64,000 bases of DNA, taken from IMG/VR virus record IMGVR_UViG_3300037067_027602, positions 32,001 through 96,000 of that record. The stretch is one strand, 5' to 3'. Each line of letters starts with the position of its first letter. The first letter of the stretch is position 1. Shown here one piece after another: positions 48,301 to 57,197 of the stretch. The notes beneath the pieces were generated by a model. The model ran no database searches. It worked only from the letters and a program-made list of their open reading frames with translations, and was not told the DNA's origin. The position numbers and the translations under genes are program-made. The stretch is from a virus (taxonomy: Duplodnaviria; Caudoviricetes).

Positions 48301-51300
48301 CCGGCGGTCTCCGGACGCTCATATCCGGAGGTGGAGGCGAGCCTGGGCACGACCCCTCTCCGGAACTCCCCGAACCCGCGCCCCGCCGCCCCGGCGGAGG
48401 CGTCCAGCAACGGGTTGATAAGCTTGTCCATCTCCCCGCGGATCTTGTCCGCCTCGTCCAGCACCCCGGAATGCTTGAACCGCATCTGGTTCAGGGTGGA
48501 CAACCGCTTGGCCTTGGTGTAGGGGTCCCCTTCACCATCCACCACCATCTCCTGCCTGCGGATATCCTCGGCGAGCTTGTCCCTCTTGCCCCAGACCCCG
48601 CCCAAATCGGATCGCATCCCCTCCATCATGCCCGAGGAGGAGAACCAGCCGCTCTTGGAGCTGCCGAAAATCATGTTGGCCGATGACTCGTCGAGCTTCA
48701 ACCTCTGGCGCCTGACCCCCATGGACGTGCCCAAGGCGTTGTCCAGCATCCCCTTGTCAAGCTCCGGGGCGTACGGCGTCCCGCCGCTCACCGCCCCGGG
48801 GTAAAGGCGCATCAAGGTGTCCTTCGCCCTCGCCAGGTCGGAATAATTCACCCTGGATATTTTGACGCCCTTCTCGAGCTCGTCGTTGATCCGCTCGTAG
48901 ACGCGCAGGGAATCCTTCGCCCCCTTGAGGCGGTCTATCTCCAGCGACGCCTGCCGTTTCATCAGCACCTCGCTGCCGACGAACGTCTCCTTCACGGAGG
49001 TGAGGACATCGCCCAGTGAACCGGCGGACAGAGCCATGGTCGACAACAAAGCCACCGCCGCGGAGGCGTAGCCGTTGAACTTTCCGAGGTTGGGGAGATG
49101 TTTGTCCATGATCCCCTTGGACAACGAGAACACCGCGGGGGCGGCGGTGGCCCCGAACAACGCGGCGTCCCCCCCGAGATTGAGGGCATTTCCCAACCCC
49201 GTCCGACCCGTGGCGGAGTCCTTGTCCTCCATGGTCTGGGAATAGACCTTGGCGGCCGCCGCGGCGGCCATGGTGAGCATGAGATGCTCCCTGGCGAACC
49301 TGACGGCCTTGATCGCGCCCCGTTCCACGAGACTAGTGTTGTCGTTCAATAGCTGGCGGTATTTCTGCTCGCCGGCTATTTTGGAGGCCGCTATGGTGTT
49401 CACCTGGGTGTGCATGCGGCGGAAATCGTCCTCGGAGATCTCCTCCGGGGCTTTCCCCGCCATCACCCTTTTGGTGTAAAGCCCAAGGTTGTCCCTGTCC
49501 CCGACGAAATGGTCGGCGACGGAGCTCGCGGTCGCCCCGGAGTTGGACTTGATGTAAGCCCCTATCTGCTTCTCCGCCCCCCTCCGCTCCCCCATGCGGG
49601 ACACCATCTCCGGTATCCCGGCGTAGTTCAGCCCCCCGACGATTGCCGCCGCCCCGCCGCCCAGCAGGGCAAAGCTGGAGACGGCCGCGGCGGCTGACGC
49701 CGGCATCTTGTCCAGGAACCCGAGGATGTTCCCCAGGGCGTCCACGAAAGTGCCGGCGACGGCCTTGCCGCCGTTCGCCCCCATGTTCTCGTAGAGGCTC
49801 TCCAAGGATGCCTTGGTGACGGACACCTTCTTCTGGTAGGTGTCCATGACCAGGAGATTCTCCTTGAGCGCGGAGCCGAAGCTGTCCTCGCCCATCGCCG
49901 CCGAGTCGACCGCGGTGCTCCACCCGTCCATGAGGATGAGCAGGTCGTTGTAGCGGCGCGTCCCGGCGACCATGCGCGCGACGTTTGTCCTCTGCACGGA
50001 GTCCAGCTCCCCCCATTTCCCCGACAGGTCTGTGAGGATGCTGTAGACGCCGCGGAACCCGCCCTCGACGTCGTACGAGGCCACCCCGACCTCCTGCAAC
50101 GCCCCCACCGCTTTGTCGGAGCGGATATTGGAGAACAGGAACTTGAAGGCGTGTCCTATCTCCGATCCGGTTCTGCGCGTGGCGGAGCCGACGGCCGCGG
50201 TCATGCCGTTCAACTCGTTGAAGGAGATGTTGGCTACCTTGGCGGCGGCCCCCGACTGTTTCATGGAGTCGGCGAGGTTCACGGCCGTGATGGCCGTGCG
50301 GTTCTCTATCTCGTTCCAGGAGTCGAGGATGGAGAACGCCTTGGACGACTCTATCCCGAACTGGATCGTGGCCGCCGTGAGGTTCTCGGTGGCCTTGGCG
50401 GCGTCCATCTCGGCGACGTTCTGGGCGAGCAGCGACACCCGGGACAGCTTCACCACGTCGTTCATGGCGTTGCCCTGCTGCGAATAGACGGCCATGGCCC
50501 CGGCGGCCTGCACAGTCCCCTGCCCGAACTCCTTGGCCATGTCCCTGGCCGCCCCGGCCACTCTGGCGTTGTCGGCCAGGAACGGGTTCATGACCTTGGT
50601 GACGTTGACCACGGCGGTCTCGAACTCGCCCATGACCCCGACGGCGCTCTTGACGCCGCCCAGCACGCCGTAAAGGGCGAAGGAGAGCCCTCCGTACATG
50701 AAGACTCGGTTCGATATCCCCTTCACCAGGGATCCCACCTTGGAATCAGCGGCCTCCATCTCCCTGCGGATCCTGGAGTAGCCCTTCACCATGGACTCTA
50801 TCTCGGAGGTCTTGTTGGGGCTGGCAACGGGCAGCTCCACGCCCCCCGACCTGGAAAGTATCCCCTCCAGCTCGCGCCGCACGATGTCGCCGGCGGCCTT
50901 GGCGTGTACCCCGGGGGTCTTGTCCCTCACGGCGTCCAGGGATGGCAGCGTCCCCCCCACATCCTTGCTCGAGAACCCTTTGACGTTGGAGGCCAGATCC
51001 TCCTCCACCCGCCTGATCGACGCGGATTTGTCCTCCTGGCTCTGGGCGACGGTCTTGAGCATTGTGTACATGCGGCTGGCGTAGGCGTCGTCGGCCTCGC
51101 TCCCGCCCTTCTCCAGCAGCTCCTTCCTCAGGAACGTGGGCTGGAGGATGGAGGCTATCTCGCCATGCTTCCTGATGACGGCCTTGCCAGTGTCGGACTC
51201 CTCCAGCTTCCCGTAAGAGAATTTCAGGGCCTGCTCGCCGCGTTTCAGGTGGCGGCGCATCTCCTCCACCTCGGGCTGCCTGTCGCCGGCGAGCCAGTCG

Positions 51301-54300
51301 CTGTGCATCTTGGCGTACATCGCCTCGACGGCGCGGGTGCGTTCCCTCAATTCCGCCACCGCGGTCTTGACCCCGGCGTCCAGCTCCGAGTCGAACCCGG
51401 AAGCCCTGGCCTTGGATGCTATCCCCGCCTGTTTCCCGTCCTCCCGGCGTTTCGCCATCATGCCTTTTTGTATGGCCGTGCCACGGAATTCCAGAAGACC
51501 CCTCTTGGCCTCCTGATAGTCCATGTGGTTTTTGTCCAACGCCTTCTGGGCCCGCTCCAAATCTTTCTGGGTCTTCTTGATGTTGGTCTCGACACCCTTA
51601 ATAAACTCGTCGTCCGAGGCGAGCGGGCCGGATCTGGCGTCGGCGAGGATGTCGCTCTTCCTGCCGAGGTCGTCCTTCGTGTCCACCACGGTTTTCGCCA
51701 AGCCGGTCCTGGCGTAAAAGACCTCCCTGACCTTGTCCTTCCTTTTCTGCTCCTGGCCGTAGACGTCAAGACCCTTGCTGGTGCGGTTGCCCTTCTCGGT
51801 CCACTCCCGGAGGACTGGGGGCAAATCCGCCAAATTTCTTTTCACCATGTCGGGGGTGAACGGCTCCGGCTCCCCGGCCATCATGGAATCGACATCGCCC
51901 GACGGGCCGCCACCTTTCGCCCTCTTCGCTTTCAGGGCGTCCAGCTTGCTGGCTATCAGGTCAAGCCTCTGCGGGAGGATCTCCGTGAGGAGCTGCACGC
52001 CGGCGGCGATGTCGGCGATGGCGTTGGTTATGATGTCTATGGACGTCCCCCCACGGGACGCGGATCCAGAGACGTCAGGTGTCTTGCCGAACACACCCCG
52101 CACCGACGCGGAAATCTCGTCGTCCATCGCCCCGGACAACTCCGGCGGCGGCAGCGTCCCCGAACGGCGTCTGCGTCTTTTGCCCGAGGGTTTTTTCGGG
52201 GGGATGGCGATGGATTCCGGATCATCCCCGGCGGCAGCCTCCTCCATGGCCCCGGATGAATAGGGGGTGACGATCGGATTCGCCGGGCTTGATTTCGACG
52301 GACGCTCAAATGGCGTCACGATGGGCTTCCCGGAAACCACCCCCTCCGGCAAAGACATCCTCCCGGGCGCGGCGGAAAGCAAGCGGGTGGAATCAAACTT
52401 CAGGGACGACGCCCCCCCCGCGCTGCGGGAAGAATTGGCCTGGGCGGTCGCCGTCCTTCTCTCCGACGCCTCTTTCCTCCTCAGCATCTCCTCCACCTTG
52501 GCGACGTCTCCGGGATCACCGAGCACGCTCCTCATGGAATCCACCGTGGACGGAATCTCATCATGGACAAGCTTCGAAGAAGACACCCCCTCCCTTTTGG
52601 ACAGATGTTCCACGACACCCAGCCTCTCCCTCAACCGATCGCTCATCGGAGACATCCCCGTGATCGATTTCACAAGCTCCGCCCTAAGGGAGGCCTCCGA
52701 GCCGCGGGACGTCAGCTTGCCCGTCTTGCTTTTGCCGTGAATCGCCTGTCTCTCATAGGCGGCCGCCATCCCCATCGCCGTGATCGGCCTCTTGCCATGG
52801 AACGACTGTTTGAAGTCTGGGTCATTTGCGAGCCGGACATACTCCTCGACGATCCTGTCGGAAGTCCTTTTGTCTACGCCGCCGGACTTCAACCCGCCCC
52901 TGATGGCGTCCATCCCCTCCCCATAGGAATTTTTGTTGAGGAACGCCTCTTTGGCGAGGGTTTTGTAGGTGTCGTCCTTCCCCCACTTGCCGGCCTCAAT
53001 CCCATTTATTGCAGCCATGGCGGATCGCCATTGGGAGGCCAATGTCCTCTGGGCGATGACGGAATTTATCTTCGCCACCTTGTCGGAGCCGCCAGACGCC
53101 GTCTTGGCGTCTATGTCATAATCCCCGGCGGCGTATCTGCTATGCAGCTTGCGAAGCTCCCCGGCCCTCTTCCTCAAAAGCTCCACCCTGTCCTGGTCGG
53201 TCCCGGAGCTCATGGCGGAAGGCATCTCGGACGAGGAGAATTCGTGGGTTTTCAGCCCGCTTGACAACCCAAGAAGAGCCTCCCCCATGGGTTTGGCGTC
53301 TTTCATCAACGGGGCAGGGGTTTTTGAAACCCCCGTCCCAAGGGCGTCCAGCATCTTGGACACCGCCTCGTCCAGCGGGGTGAACCCTATGTCGCCCGCC
53401 CACTTGGCATACGTGTCGCCCCCTTTTTCCTTGGGGGTGTAATATTTGTTGTAAACCTCGTTTCTAAGAGTTTCCGGATCCACCCCGGAGGGGCCGGATT
53501 TTCCGCTAAGATCGGAGAATATTTTCTCCAAGGTTCCGGAAAACCCTTTTTTGAAAGCCTCCGCCTTCGATATCGTCCCCTGGTTATATTTCACCCTCCT
53601 GCCGGATATCGGATCCGTGCGGTAATCCATCATCAAGGTTGACCCGATCATGGATTTGAATTTCTCATAGGTGACAGGGGACGACCCAGAATCCTCCGAC
53701 CCCATGGATTTAGTCGCCTTGTTCAACAGGGCGTCGGTGATGTCTCCAAGTTTCCAGGACGCCCCGGACATCCTGGTCTCCCCCATATCCTGGTCAACCC
53801 TTTTCTGGACGTAGTCTCCGGAAAAACGGCCAAGAACGGTGTTCAGCGCCGCCGCTTTCACCCCCTCCTGCCCAAACCCGTCCAGGCGATGGCCTTTCGC
53901 CATCCTCCTGGTGAAATTCTCCGACTCGGAGTCTGCCCACCCCGCCTTCGCCCCCATGCCGAACTCGTCTTTGGAGAAAAGCTCCTTCGCCTTAATCCTC
54001 TCCTTCATCGCCTCGGTGTCGGGCGTGTCTTTCTCCGGGACGTACTGGGAAACGCTCTTCATGGGTCTGCCGTCGGCGTAGATGTCGCCGCCGGCCGCCC
54101 TGGATTTCTCCAGCCAAGCGTTGAACTTCGCTATCGACCCCTCGTCCATCCTGTCGTAGGAATAGTCGCCATAATCCGACGACCAGTCCTGGATATATCC
54201 CTCTCCCATCCCGACGACGCCCTTGACCGTGTGCCCTTTCGCCGTCTTCATCTCGACGTGCGGGCTCATGGCGGGATCCCCGGACGGGCCGGACGGCAGC

Positions 54301-57194
54301 CTCCTCCTCTTGGACATCGCTGACGACACGATCCTCTTCAGGTAGTCCCCCTCATCCTGGTTTCCGCCCTCCTTGGCCATCTTTCCGATGACCCCGTCGT
54401 CCTTGCCTCCGCGGACGAGCCTCATCGCCGACGACACGGACTCCTCGGTTATCTCCATGCCATGCCCGCGCATGTAGTCGAGGACGGCGGACCTCAGCTC
54501 CCCCTCCATCTCCCTCGCGTCCTGGGACCTCCGCGACGGCCGCTCCTCCTTCATGGCAAGCGGCTTTTTCCCCGCCATCATGGAATCGGCGTCCTCCTGG
54601 CGGCGCCTAGCCATCACCGGGGCGGAGTAGTCCGCCAACCACGACATCCCGGGGTCCCCGGCGATGGCCTTCGCCTCGTCGCCCCCCAGCCCATGGATGC
54701 GCTCCAGCCTCTCGGCCATGCCGGGGCCGGCCACGGAGCGGCCCCCAATCCCCAGCAGCAAGGACGCCTTCGACCGCGCCGCCGCGGCGGCCTTGGATCT
54801 AGACCCCAGGGAGGATATGCCGGACTCGAACCTGGACATGATGAGGTTGTTGGTCTTGGCGCGCATCCGCTCCTCGGGGTTCTCCATGTTGGAGATGGAA
54901 CGGGACAGGGACGAGTCCCTCGCCGGCATCGACCTGGCTTTCCTGAACACGTCCGGGGTCACGTCCGCCCCGTAAAGGGAGGAGAACTCCCCTTTGTCCC
55001 CCGATAGCATGGCCGCCATGCCGCTATCGTTGGTGAGGGCGAACATCCTGGCCAAATGGGTCTCGCTCAGCTCGTTTCCAGGCAGCGGTGACACTTTGCC
55101 CTTGATCGCCCCGGATTTGCGGTTGTCGCGGTAATGGTTCTTCCTGAAATAATCGAGGTAGGCGTCCGACAGCCCTTCGGACGACTCCCCCACGACAGCC
55201 CCAAACCTGGCGGCGAAATCCGCCTTAGACTGTCTTTTCCCGGAGCGGCCACGGTCGTAGCCCGGGAGGCTCTTCTCCAGATATTTGTCCAAGACGGCGC
55301 GGACGTCCTTGGGGATCGATTTGATTTTGGTGTGGAATTTGGCGAACCTGGAATCCGACGATTCCGCATCGGGTCTGTCCTCATACCTGTCGGGGGTGGG
55401 GCGGGAGTCGGGGATGATGTCGAACAGGCTTTGCCCATCCTCCCCCACCTGCCCGCCCACGGTCTTCATCGAACCGCCATGCTTCTCGAAGTAGTTGACA
55501 TGGGCCATGGAGTCGGACTTTGTCCTGGCGGACTCCAGCCAACGGAGAGTCTGCTCCTGTTGTTTCCTCGCCTCGGCAGACCCTATTTTCGGGGATGTCT
55601 TGTTTTTCTTGTAGCGGGCGTCCCATCCGGCGGCGATGCTGCGGATGGCCGACTTCAACCCTTCGACATTCTGGGTGGGCTTGTGGTCTCCGGCGTCCAA
55701 GCTCGCCCTATCGCGGGAGTCGGCGAACCTCTCTACGGCGTCGGAGTCAAGATTGCCCGAAACCCCCATCGCCATTTTCACCATGTCGGCCCCGGACGCC
55801 ACCCTCCTGCCCAGCATCTCCTGCCGGGAGCGGTTCCAGCGGGCGGTGTTTCCATGGGTCTGGGACGCCATTATGGTGGAACGGGGGGACGCCGCCGGGT
55901 GTATCCTGGAGGTGTACCTGCGGATGTCCTTCACCATGATGGAGGCGTAGTCGATAGACGACCCTGTGGCGGTGGACACGGCCTTGATGTAACCGTGGAC
56001 GGCCTCAGACAATTCCCTGCTGTTGCCGGTCAGCTCCGTCGCCCTCGTGGACAACACCTTCTCCAACGTCGACAAGCCTTTGGCGGGAGCCCCAGACACC
56101 CCCTCGCGGAGGGCGGACGCCAAGCGCTTGGACAAGTCCGCGGCCCCGGAAACCTTCGCCCCGGAGGCATTATGCCTCAGGGTGTTCTCGACAGCCTTGA
56201 AGACCTTGTCGGCGTCGTCCTTGGGCATGGAGCCCACGTTGTTCGCATTCTCCGCCACCGATATCAAATTCGTCAACAGCTCGTTCAAGGGGACGCTGCC
56301 GCTACGCCTCCTCACCGCCTTCTCCATCCTGGCCCCGATGGCCTCGGTCCTGACATGGACGTTCTCGTGGATGGCGGCGAACTGCCTGACTGGCCTCGGG
56401 TTCTCCTTGTTCACGTACAGGTCGTTGGTGTGCGCCGGGCGGTATCCGAACCCCCCGGACATCCTCCCAGAGAACACGTCCGATCCAGCCTCCGATATCC
56501 TGACGTTCCTCCGCGTGGCCTCATAGGTCTTCTTCGCCAAACCCCGGTAAAAGGCTGCGTTCTCCCCCGGGTTCTCGGAGCCGAAGATCGACCCCGCCAT
56601 GTGGGAGGAGGTGTCCGGGCGGTTGGCGTTCAGGGACATCTTCTTATAAGTCTGCTCCCTGCGGGCGTTGAACCCCCCCATGGCCCTGTCGAAATCTCCG
56701 AAAAATTTCTCCGTGGCGGCCGCGCCTTTGGACGGCGGCGGCTCCTTGTGGGCGAGGGCGGTTATCCTGGACGACAAGTCGGACACCGCTTTCGCAAGGG
56801 ACTCGACGGAGGCGCTGGCCTTGATTTCCCTGGCGGTGTTCTCGGCCATCTCCTTCGACAAAGCCTCCGTGGCCGACGCCACCTTGTCGCTCTTGGCGGA
56901 GCTGTCGGCGACGGCTTTGGACAAGGAATCCATCGCGGCGGCGGTCTTGACGTCGGCCGCCGACGGCTGGGCGGAGGCTGCGGGCTGCGGGACGACATGG
57001 CCAGGGATGAAGGACGCCGCCTGGGCGAACTGGACGACGCGCTTGATAAGGTCGGAGGACAGCGTCGCGTCGATCCTCGAAAGGTCGCCCGCCATGGAGT
57101 CCAGCCCCTTGCCGCCCATTTTGCTGGTGTCGAGCTGCACGTCGAAAACCCAGCTCTCGCCGATAGACTTCTTGTCGGACATCTCCGCCTCCAA
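42363..57194 (-). CDS. Giant tape measure protein (4,943 aa) with a TP901-type core and two HExxH metallopeptidase domains
   Basis: Core at about 49800-50700 (EFETAVVNVTKV...LADSMKQSGAAAK...TRRTGSEIGHAFK...VAGTRRYN); GHSAGGFTG...GIVHKGEYV motif; follows the tube and chaperone genes. Confidence 0.92.
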   Translation of the reverse strand: MEAEMSDKKSIGESWVFDVQLDTSKMGGKGLDSMAGDLSRIDATLSSDLIKRVVQFAQAASFIPGHVVPQPAASAQPSAADVKTAAAMDSLSKAVADSSAKSDKVASATEALSKEMAENTAREIKASASVESLAKAVSDLSSRITALAHKEPPPSKGAAATEKFFGDFDRAMGGFNARREQTYKKMSLNANRPDTSSHMAGSIFGSENPGENAAFYRGLAKKTYEATRRNVRISEAGSDVFSGRMSGGFGYRPAHTNDLYVNKENPRPVRQFAAIHENVHVRTEAIGARMEKAVRRRSGSVPLNELLTNLISVAENANNVGSMPKDDADKVFKAVENTLRHNASGAKVSGAADLSKRLASALREGVSGAPAKGLSTLEKVLSTRATELTGNSRELSEAVHGYIKAVSTATGSSIDYASIMVKDIRRYTSRIHPAASPRSTIMASQTHGNTARWNRSRQEMLGRRVASGADMVKMAMGVSGNLDSDAVERFADSRDRASLDAGDHKPTQNVEGLKSAIRSIAAGWDARYKKNKTSPKIGSAEARKQQEQTLRWLESARTKSDSMAHVNYFEKHGGSMKTVGGQVGEDGQSLFDIIPDSRPTPDRYEDRPDAESSDSRFAKFHTKIKSIPKDVRAVLDKYLEKSLPGYDRGRSGKRQSKADFAARFGAVVGESSEGLSDAYLDYFRKNHYRDNRKSGAIKGKVSPLPGNELSETHLARMFALTNDSGMAAMLSGDKGEFSSLYGADVTPDVFRKARSMPARDSSLSRSISNMENPEERMRAKTNNLIMSRFESGISSLGSRSKAAAAARSKASLLLGIGGRSVAGPGMAERLERIHGLGGDEAKAIAGDPGMSWLADYSAPVMARRRQEDADSMMAGKKPLAMKEERPSRRSQDAREMEGELRSAVLDYMRGHGMEITEESVSSAMRLVRGGKDDGVIGKMAKEGGNQDEGDYLKRIVSSAMSKRRRLPSGPSGDPAMSPHVEMKTAKGHTVKGVVGMGEGYIQDWSSDYGDYSYDRMDEGSIAKFNAWLEKSRAAGGDIYADGRPMKSVSQYVPEKDTPDTEAMKERIKAKELFSKDEFGMGAKAGWADSESENFTRRMAKGHRLDGFGQEGVKAAALNTVLGRFSGDYVQKRVDQDMGETRMSGASWKLGDITDALLNKATKSMGSEDSGSSPVTYEKFKSMIGSTLMMDYRTDPISGRRVKYNQGTISKAEAFKKGFSGTLEKIFSDLSGKSGPSGVDPETLRNEVYNKYYTPKEKGGDTYAKWAGDIGFTPLDEAVSKMLDALGTGVSKTPAPLMKDAKPMGEALLGLSSGLKTHEFSSSEMPSAMSSGTDQDRVELLRKRAGELRKLHSRYAAGDYDIDAKTASGGSDKVAKINSVIAQRTLASQWRSAMAAINGIEAGKWGKDDTYKTLAKEAFLNKNSYGEGMDAIRGGLKSGGVDKRTSDRIVEEYVRLANDPDFKQSFHGKRPITAMGMAAAYERQAIHGKSKTGKLTSRGSEASLRAELVKSITGMSPMSDRLRERLGVVEHLSKREGVSSSKLVHDEIPSTVDSMRSVLGDPGDVAKVEEMLRRKEASERRTATAQANSSRSAGGASSLKFDSTRLLSAAPGRMSLPEGVVSGKPIVTPFERPSKSSPANPIVTPYSSGAMEEAAAGDDPESIAIPPKKPSGKRRRRRSGTLPPPELSGAMDDEISASVRGVFGKTPDVSGSASRGGTSIDIITNAIADIAAGVQLLTEILPQRLDLIASKLDALKAKRAKGGGPSGDVDSMMAGEPEPFTPDMVKRNLADLPPVLREWTEKGNRTSKGLDVYGQEQKRKDKVREVFYARTGLAKTVVDTKDDLGRKSDILADARSGPLASDDEFIKGVETNIKKTQKDLERAQKALDKNHMDYQEAKRGLLEFRGTAIQKGMMAKRREDGKQAGIASKARASGFDSELDAGVKTAVAELRERTRAVEAMYAKMHSDWLAGDRQPEVEEMRRHLKRGEQALKFSYGKLEESDTGKAVIRKHGEIASILQPTFLRKELLEKGGSEADDAYASRMYTMLKTVAQSQEDKSASIRRVEEDLASNVKGFSSKDVGGTLPSLDAVRDKTPGVHAKAAGDIVRRELEGILSRSGGVELPVASPNKTSEIESMVKGYSRIRREMEAADSKVGSLVKGISNRVFMYGGLSFALYGVLGGVKSAVGVMGEFETAVVNVTKVMNPFLADNARVAGAARDMAKEFGQGTVQAAGAMAVYSQQGNAMNDVVKLSRVSLLAQNVAEMDAAKATENLTAATIQFGIESSKAFSILDSWNEIENRTAITAVNLADSMKQSGAAAKVANISFNELNGMTAAVGSATRRTGSEIGHAFKFLFSNIRSDKAVGALQEVGVASYDVEGGFRGVYSILTDLSGKWGELDSVQRTNVARMVAGTRRYNDLLILMDGWSTAVDSAAMGEDSFGSALKENLLVMDTYQKKVSVTKASLESLYENMGANGGKAVAGTFVDALGNILGFLDKMPASAAAAVSSFALLGGGAAAIVGGLNYAGIPEMVSRMGERRGAEKQIGAYIKSNSGATASSVADHFVGDRDNLGLYTKRVMAGKAPEEISEDDFRRMHTQVNTIAASKIAGEQKYRQLLNDNTSLVERGAIKAVRFAREHLMLTMAAAAAAKVYSQTMEDKDSATGRTGLGNALNLGGDAALFGATAAPAVFSLSKGIMDKHLPNLGKFNGYASAAVALLSTMALSAGSLGDVLTSVKETFVGSEVLMKRQASLEIDRLKGAKDSLRVYERINDELEKGVKISRVNYSDLARAKDTLMRLYPGAVSGGTPYAPELDKGMLDNALGTSMGVRRQRLKLDESSANMIFGSSKSGWFSSSGMMEGMRSDLGGVWGKRDKLAEDIRRQEMVVDGEGDPYTKAKRLSTLNQMRFKHSGVLDEADKIRGEMDKLINPLLDASAGAAGRGFGEFRRGVVPRLASTSGYERPETAGNLEKVREIMGKDFSRRMLEVYSTGAFGLGSSMETPKNAREAFEKTNKMFSLTYTGEEDGKRNFSVHGYDEKTGKQTLSPFSMERGASIDEIVRRAEESVRKAEPALKSIGDFIMHTGEIAEGASRIPADAARLAFGSAKTLYSAISDARSGLVKRMGAKLDVEAESPLGPESSMAKAVSRLGLLAEYTTKLGGSVGRVTPEFSSLSKSMSGGAVGPKELESVVAHLESLRSTGGGSLSSTLEASQLAMGMTQVMQRGAFDLAADYAAAQSRESGKGRDQREAENGEEGITSLQQATAKVNEMLRSIGSDVDVESLVGGKKGDAAVASILREIGARMPKAVKNWDEPFNTSANDFTKEGKDIASRMKVASSSLEAMQKHLATSSVSGSRSGMTAAQAEAIDRQISSRRGAITAGVSRYTSAAGGTEAFFREALEANKAGAEDIRSRAMKMREEGKTESAEILDKELETAEAGIKRWSNSLDDLRGVLDMVSEASNSLVTSGAAVSRVLDNLGSDAERMASSSMVVGGRGSRERSEIDRLSAAINILDRELSGIDAKRRGATGSDKTQYDQDYRQLEERRNASVVDRDRVSKSLETILVGMTQSERRRQMAELDAAKAMKSPNVLDAQRSLYSTRMSDADELAKRVEYAMRQRGVEGKDREKIESAMREVGDAARRVRDDSDPSMRKNLALSSSQEQAAYSQIQGLREKGYEFSQIFSLQQFKDIAKTSPLVGGLADKMAQEQFSDKLADSTKTFDDAVFRFADVVKEMLSLNGPSDSVGAKVSDSVKAIEATKGHSAGGFTGAGGKFEPAGIVHKGEYVLPQEMSELFPWLEKIRKQGGDAKSEMKSFPGFADGGPVTSKRASYGNGFIKSVFGNTKNEDVFKYADTLRKDTPMMGDKPVTFDFTKIKENAAGLYHEEDHRIEIDKRLPNATKMQTTAHEFVHARNTATRSRLENWYGYSPEYTRAAELSTNIIANAEVSGKRSEMSMWDKKILDDDFKEFLGSNSVPDKKASANIVGGSKNKRSAAAIAKAVKNIRTEHLSTRDIVPIQDKMLNSIERATTLPQNELTKHELALRKGINEYFSPENGFATKFDHSDIGKEVAHYKRNRELNKFTPTPKERVAAPVPEGMELVYKKNGGRSKYRADAARLLTMEDERKEFSDRREANKKIWKMYDKLQAERTAAPTHQPAPVAPPPSAPPAATSATPGARRPKRPVPPAAPPAATSATPGARRPKRPVPPAVPAASTSFPSAPAAPVPPTTSANHIRSSNWMEKVGGAAAIAYSANTWKGATDNLNETRRREAAGESTSAADNAMPFVGAAGETAYGAGLMMGGKAGGAMRLAGLGAQGASLAYKIANGRASITDAIPLGVSGAIELATNPATQALAGRYAPQVIRGLSGIAGGARALPGIGRVASMAGKFIPKNIGKGGLVGAAAGVAGMAASSIGDYWSDQGRKKGGGGLAAEVLSSTGDFTTALSGGSVFGAYDTMVDSGRKDGGDAGNVAMMLDDAEGNAEITSGFLSTVHPGKFKQIAKQYADSRKSDTNAMSTERGMKAARRKMSGSADVASKVKQIVESLNSALGDDDPKIDVDAFMSMNEGNLDILGSVADGKDLNELLSNLTGGKAKMGRMTSTAGGKDKILERVELLNKAISDASKKVRDGESGDAVVKEKPVPKAINFDPAFYESDDSIEGMSKVEAGVDARVAAKKGLPSGEKLKAWTEEASADPIMGNAPKDKKTKPTVSLEEIYEGGLSKKELGQASMARRRRSPDAERRIRKHGGLITGSGGKKFFGEELKGDDTLAILSQTEKKEKTVYEKAADERRAIDFATGTSKKDIRKRGGRIIGADAGSVYGDSLGSDDISRAPDEYGIAGMFDAPKKGDGGPAEAIVSAPVVKRGGDEASEGLKDARKSPSVKDARVDGKVDVSITSDSDLGKLLAMFPTLDDNLKKAIEVIQKAANSASGLKDGAKVSSKLSMKAA
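44579..44713. repeat. Perfect 66-bp tandem duplication (2 copies) inside the tape measure gene
   Basis: GCCGGTGGGACGGGACGCTTAGGACGACGAGCACCGGGGGTTGCGGAGGTAGCTGCAGGAGGGGCG x2, encoding APPAATSATPGARRPKRPVPPA. Confidence 0.95.
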
Positions 57195-57197
57195 AAA

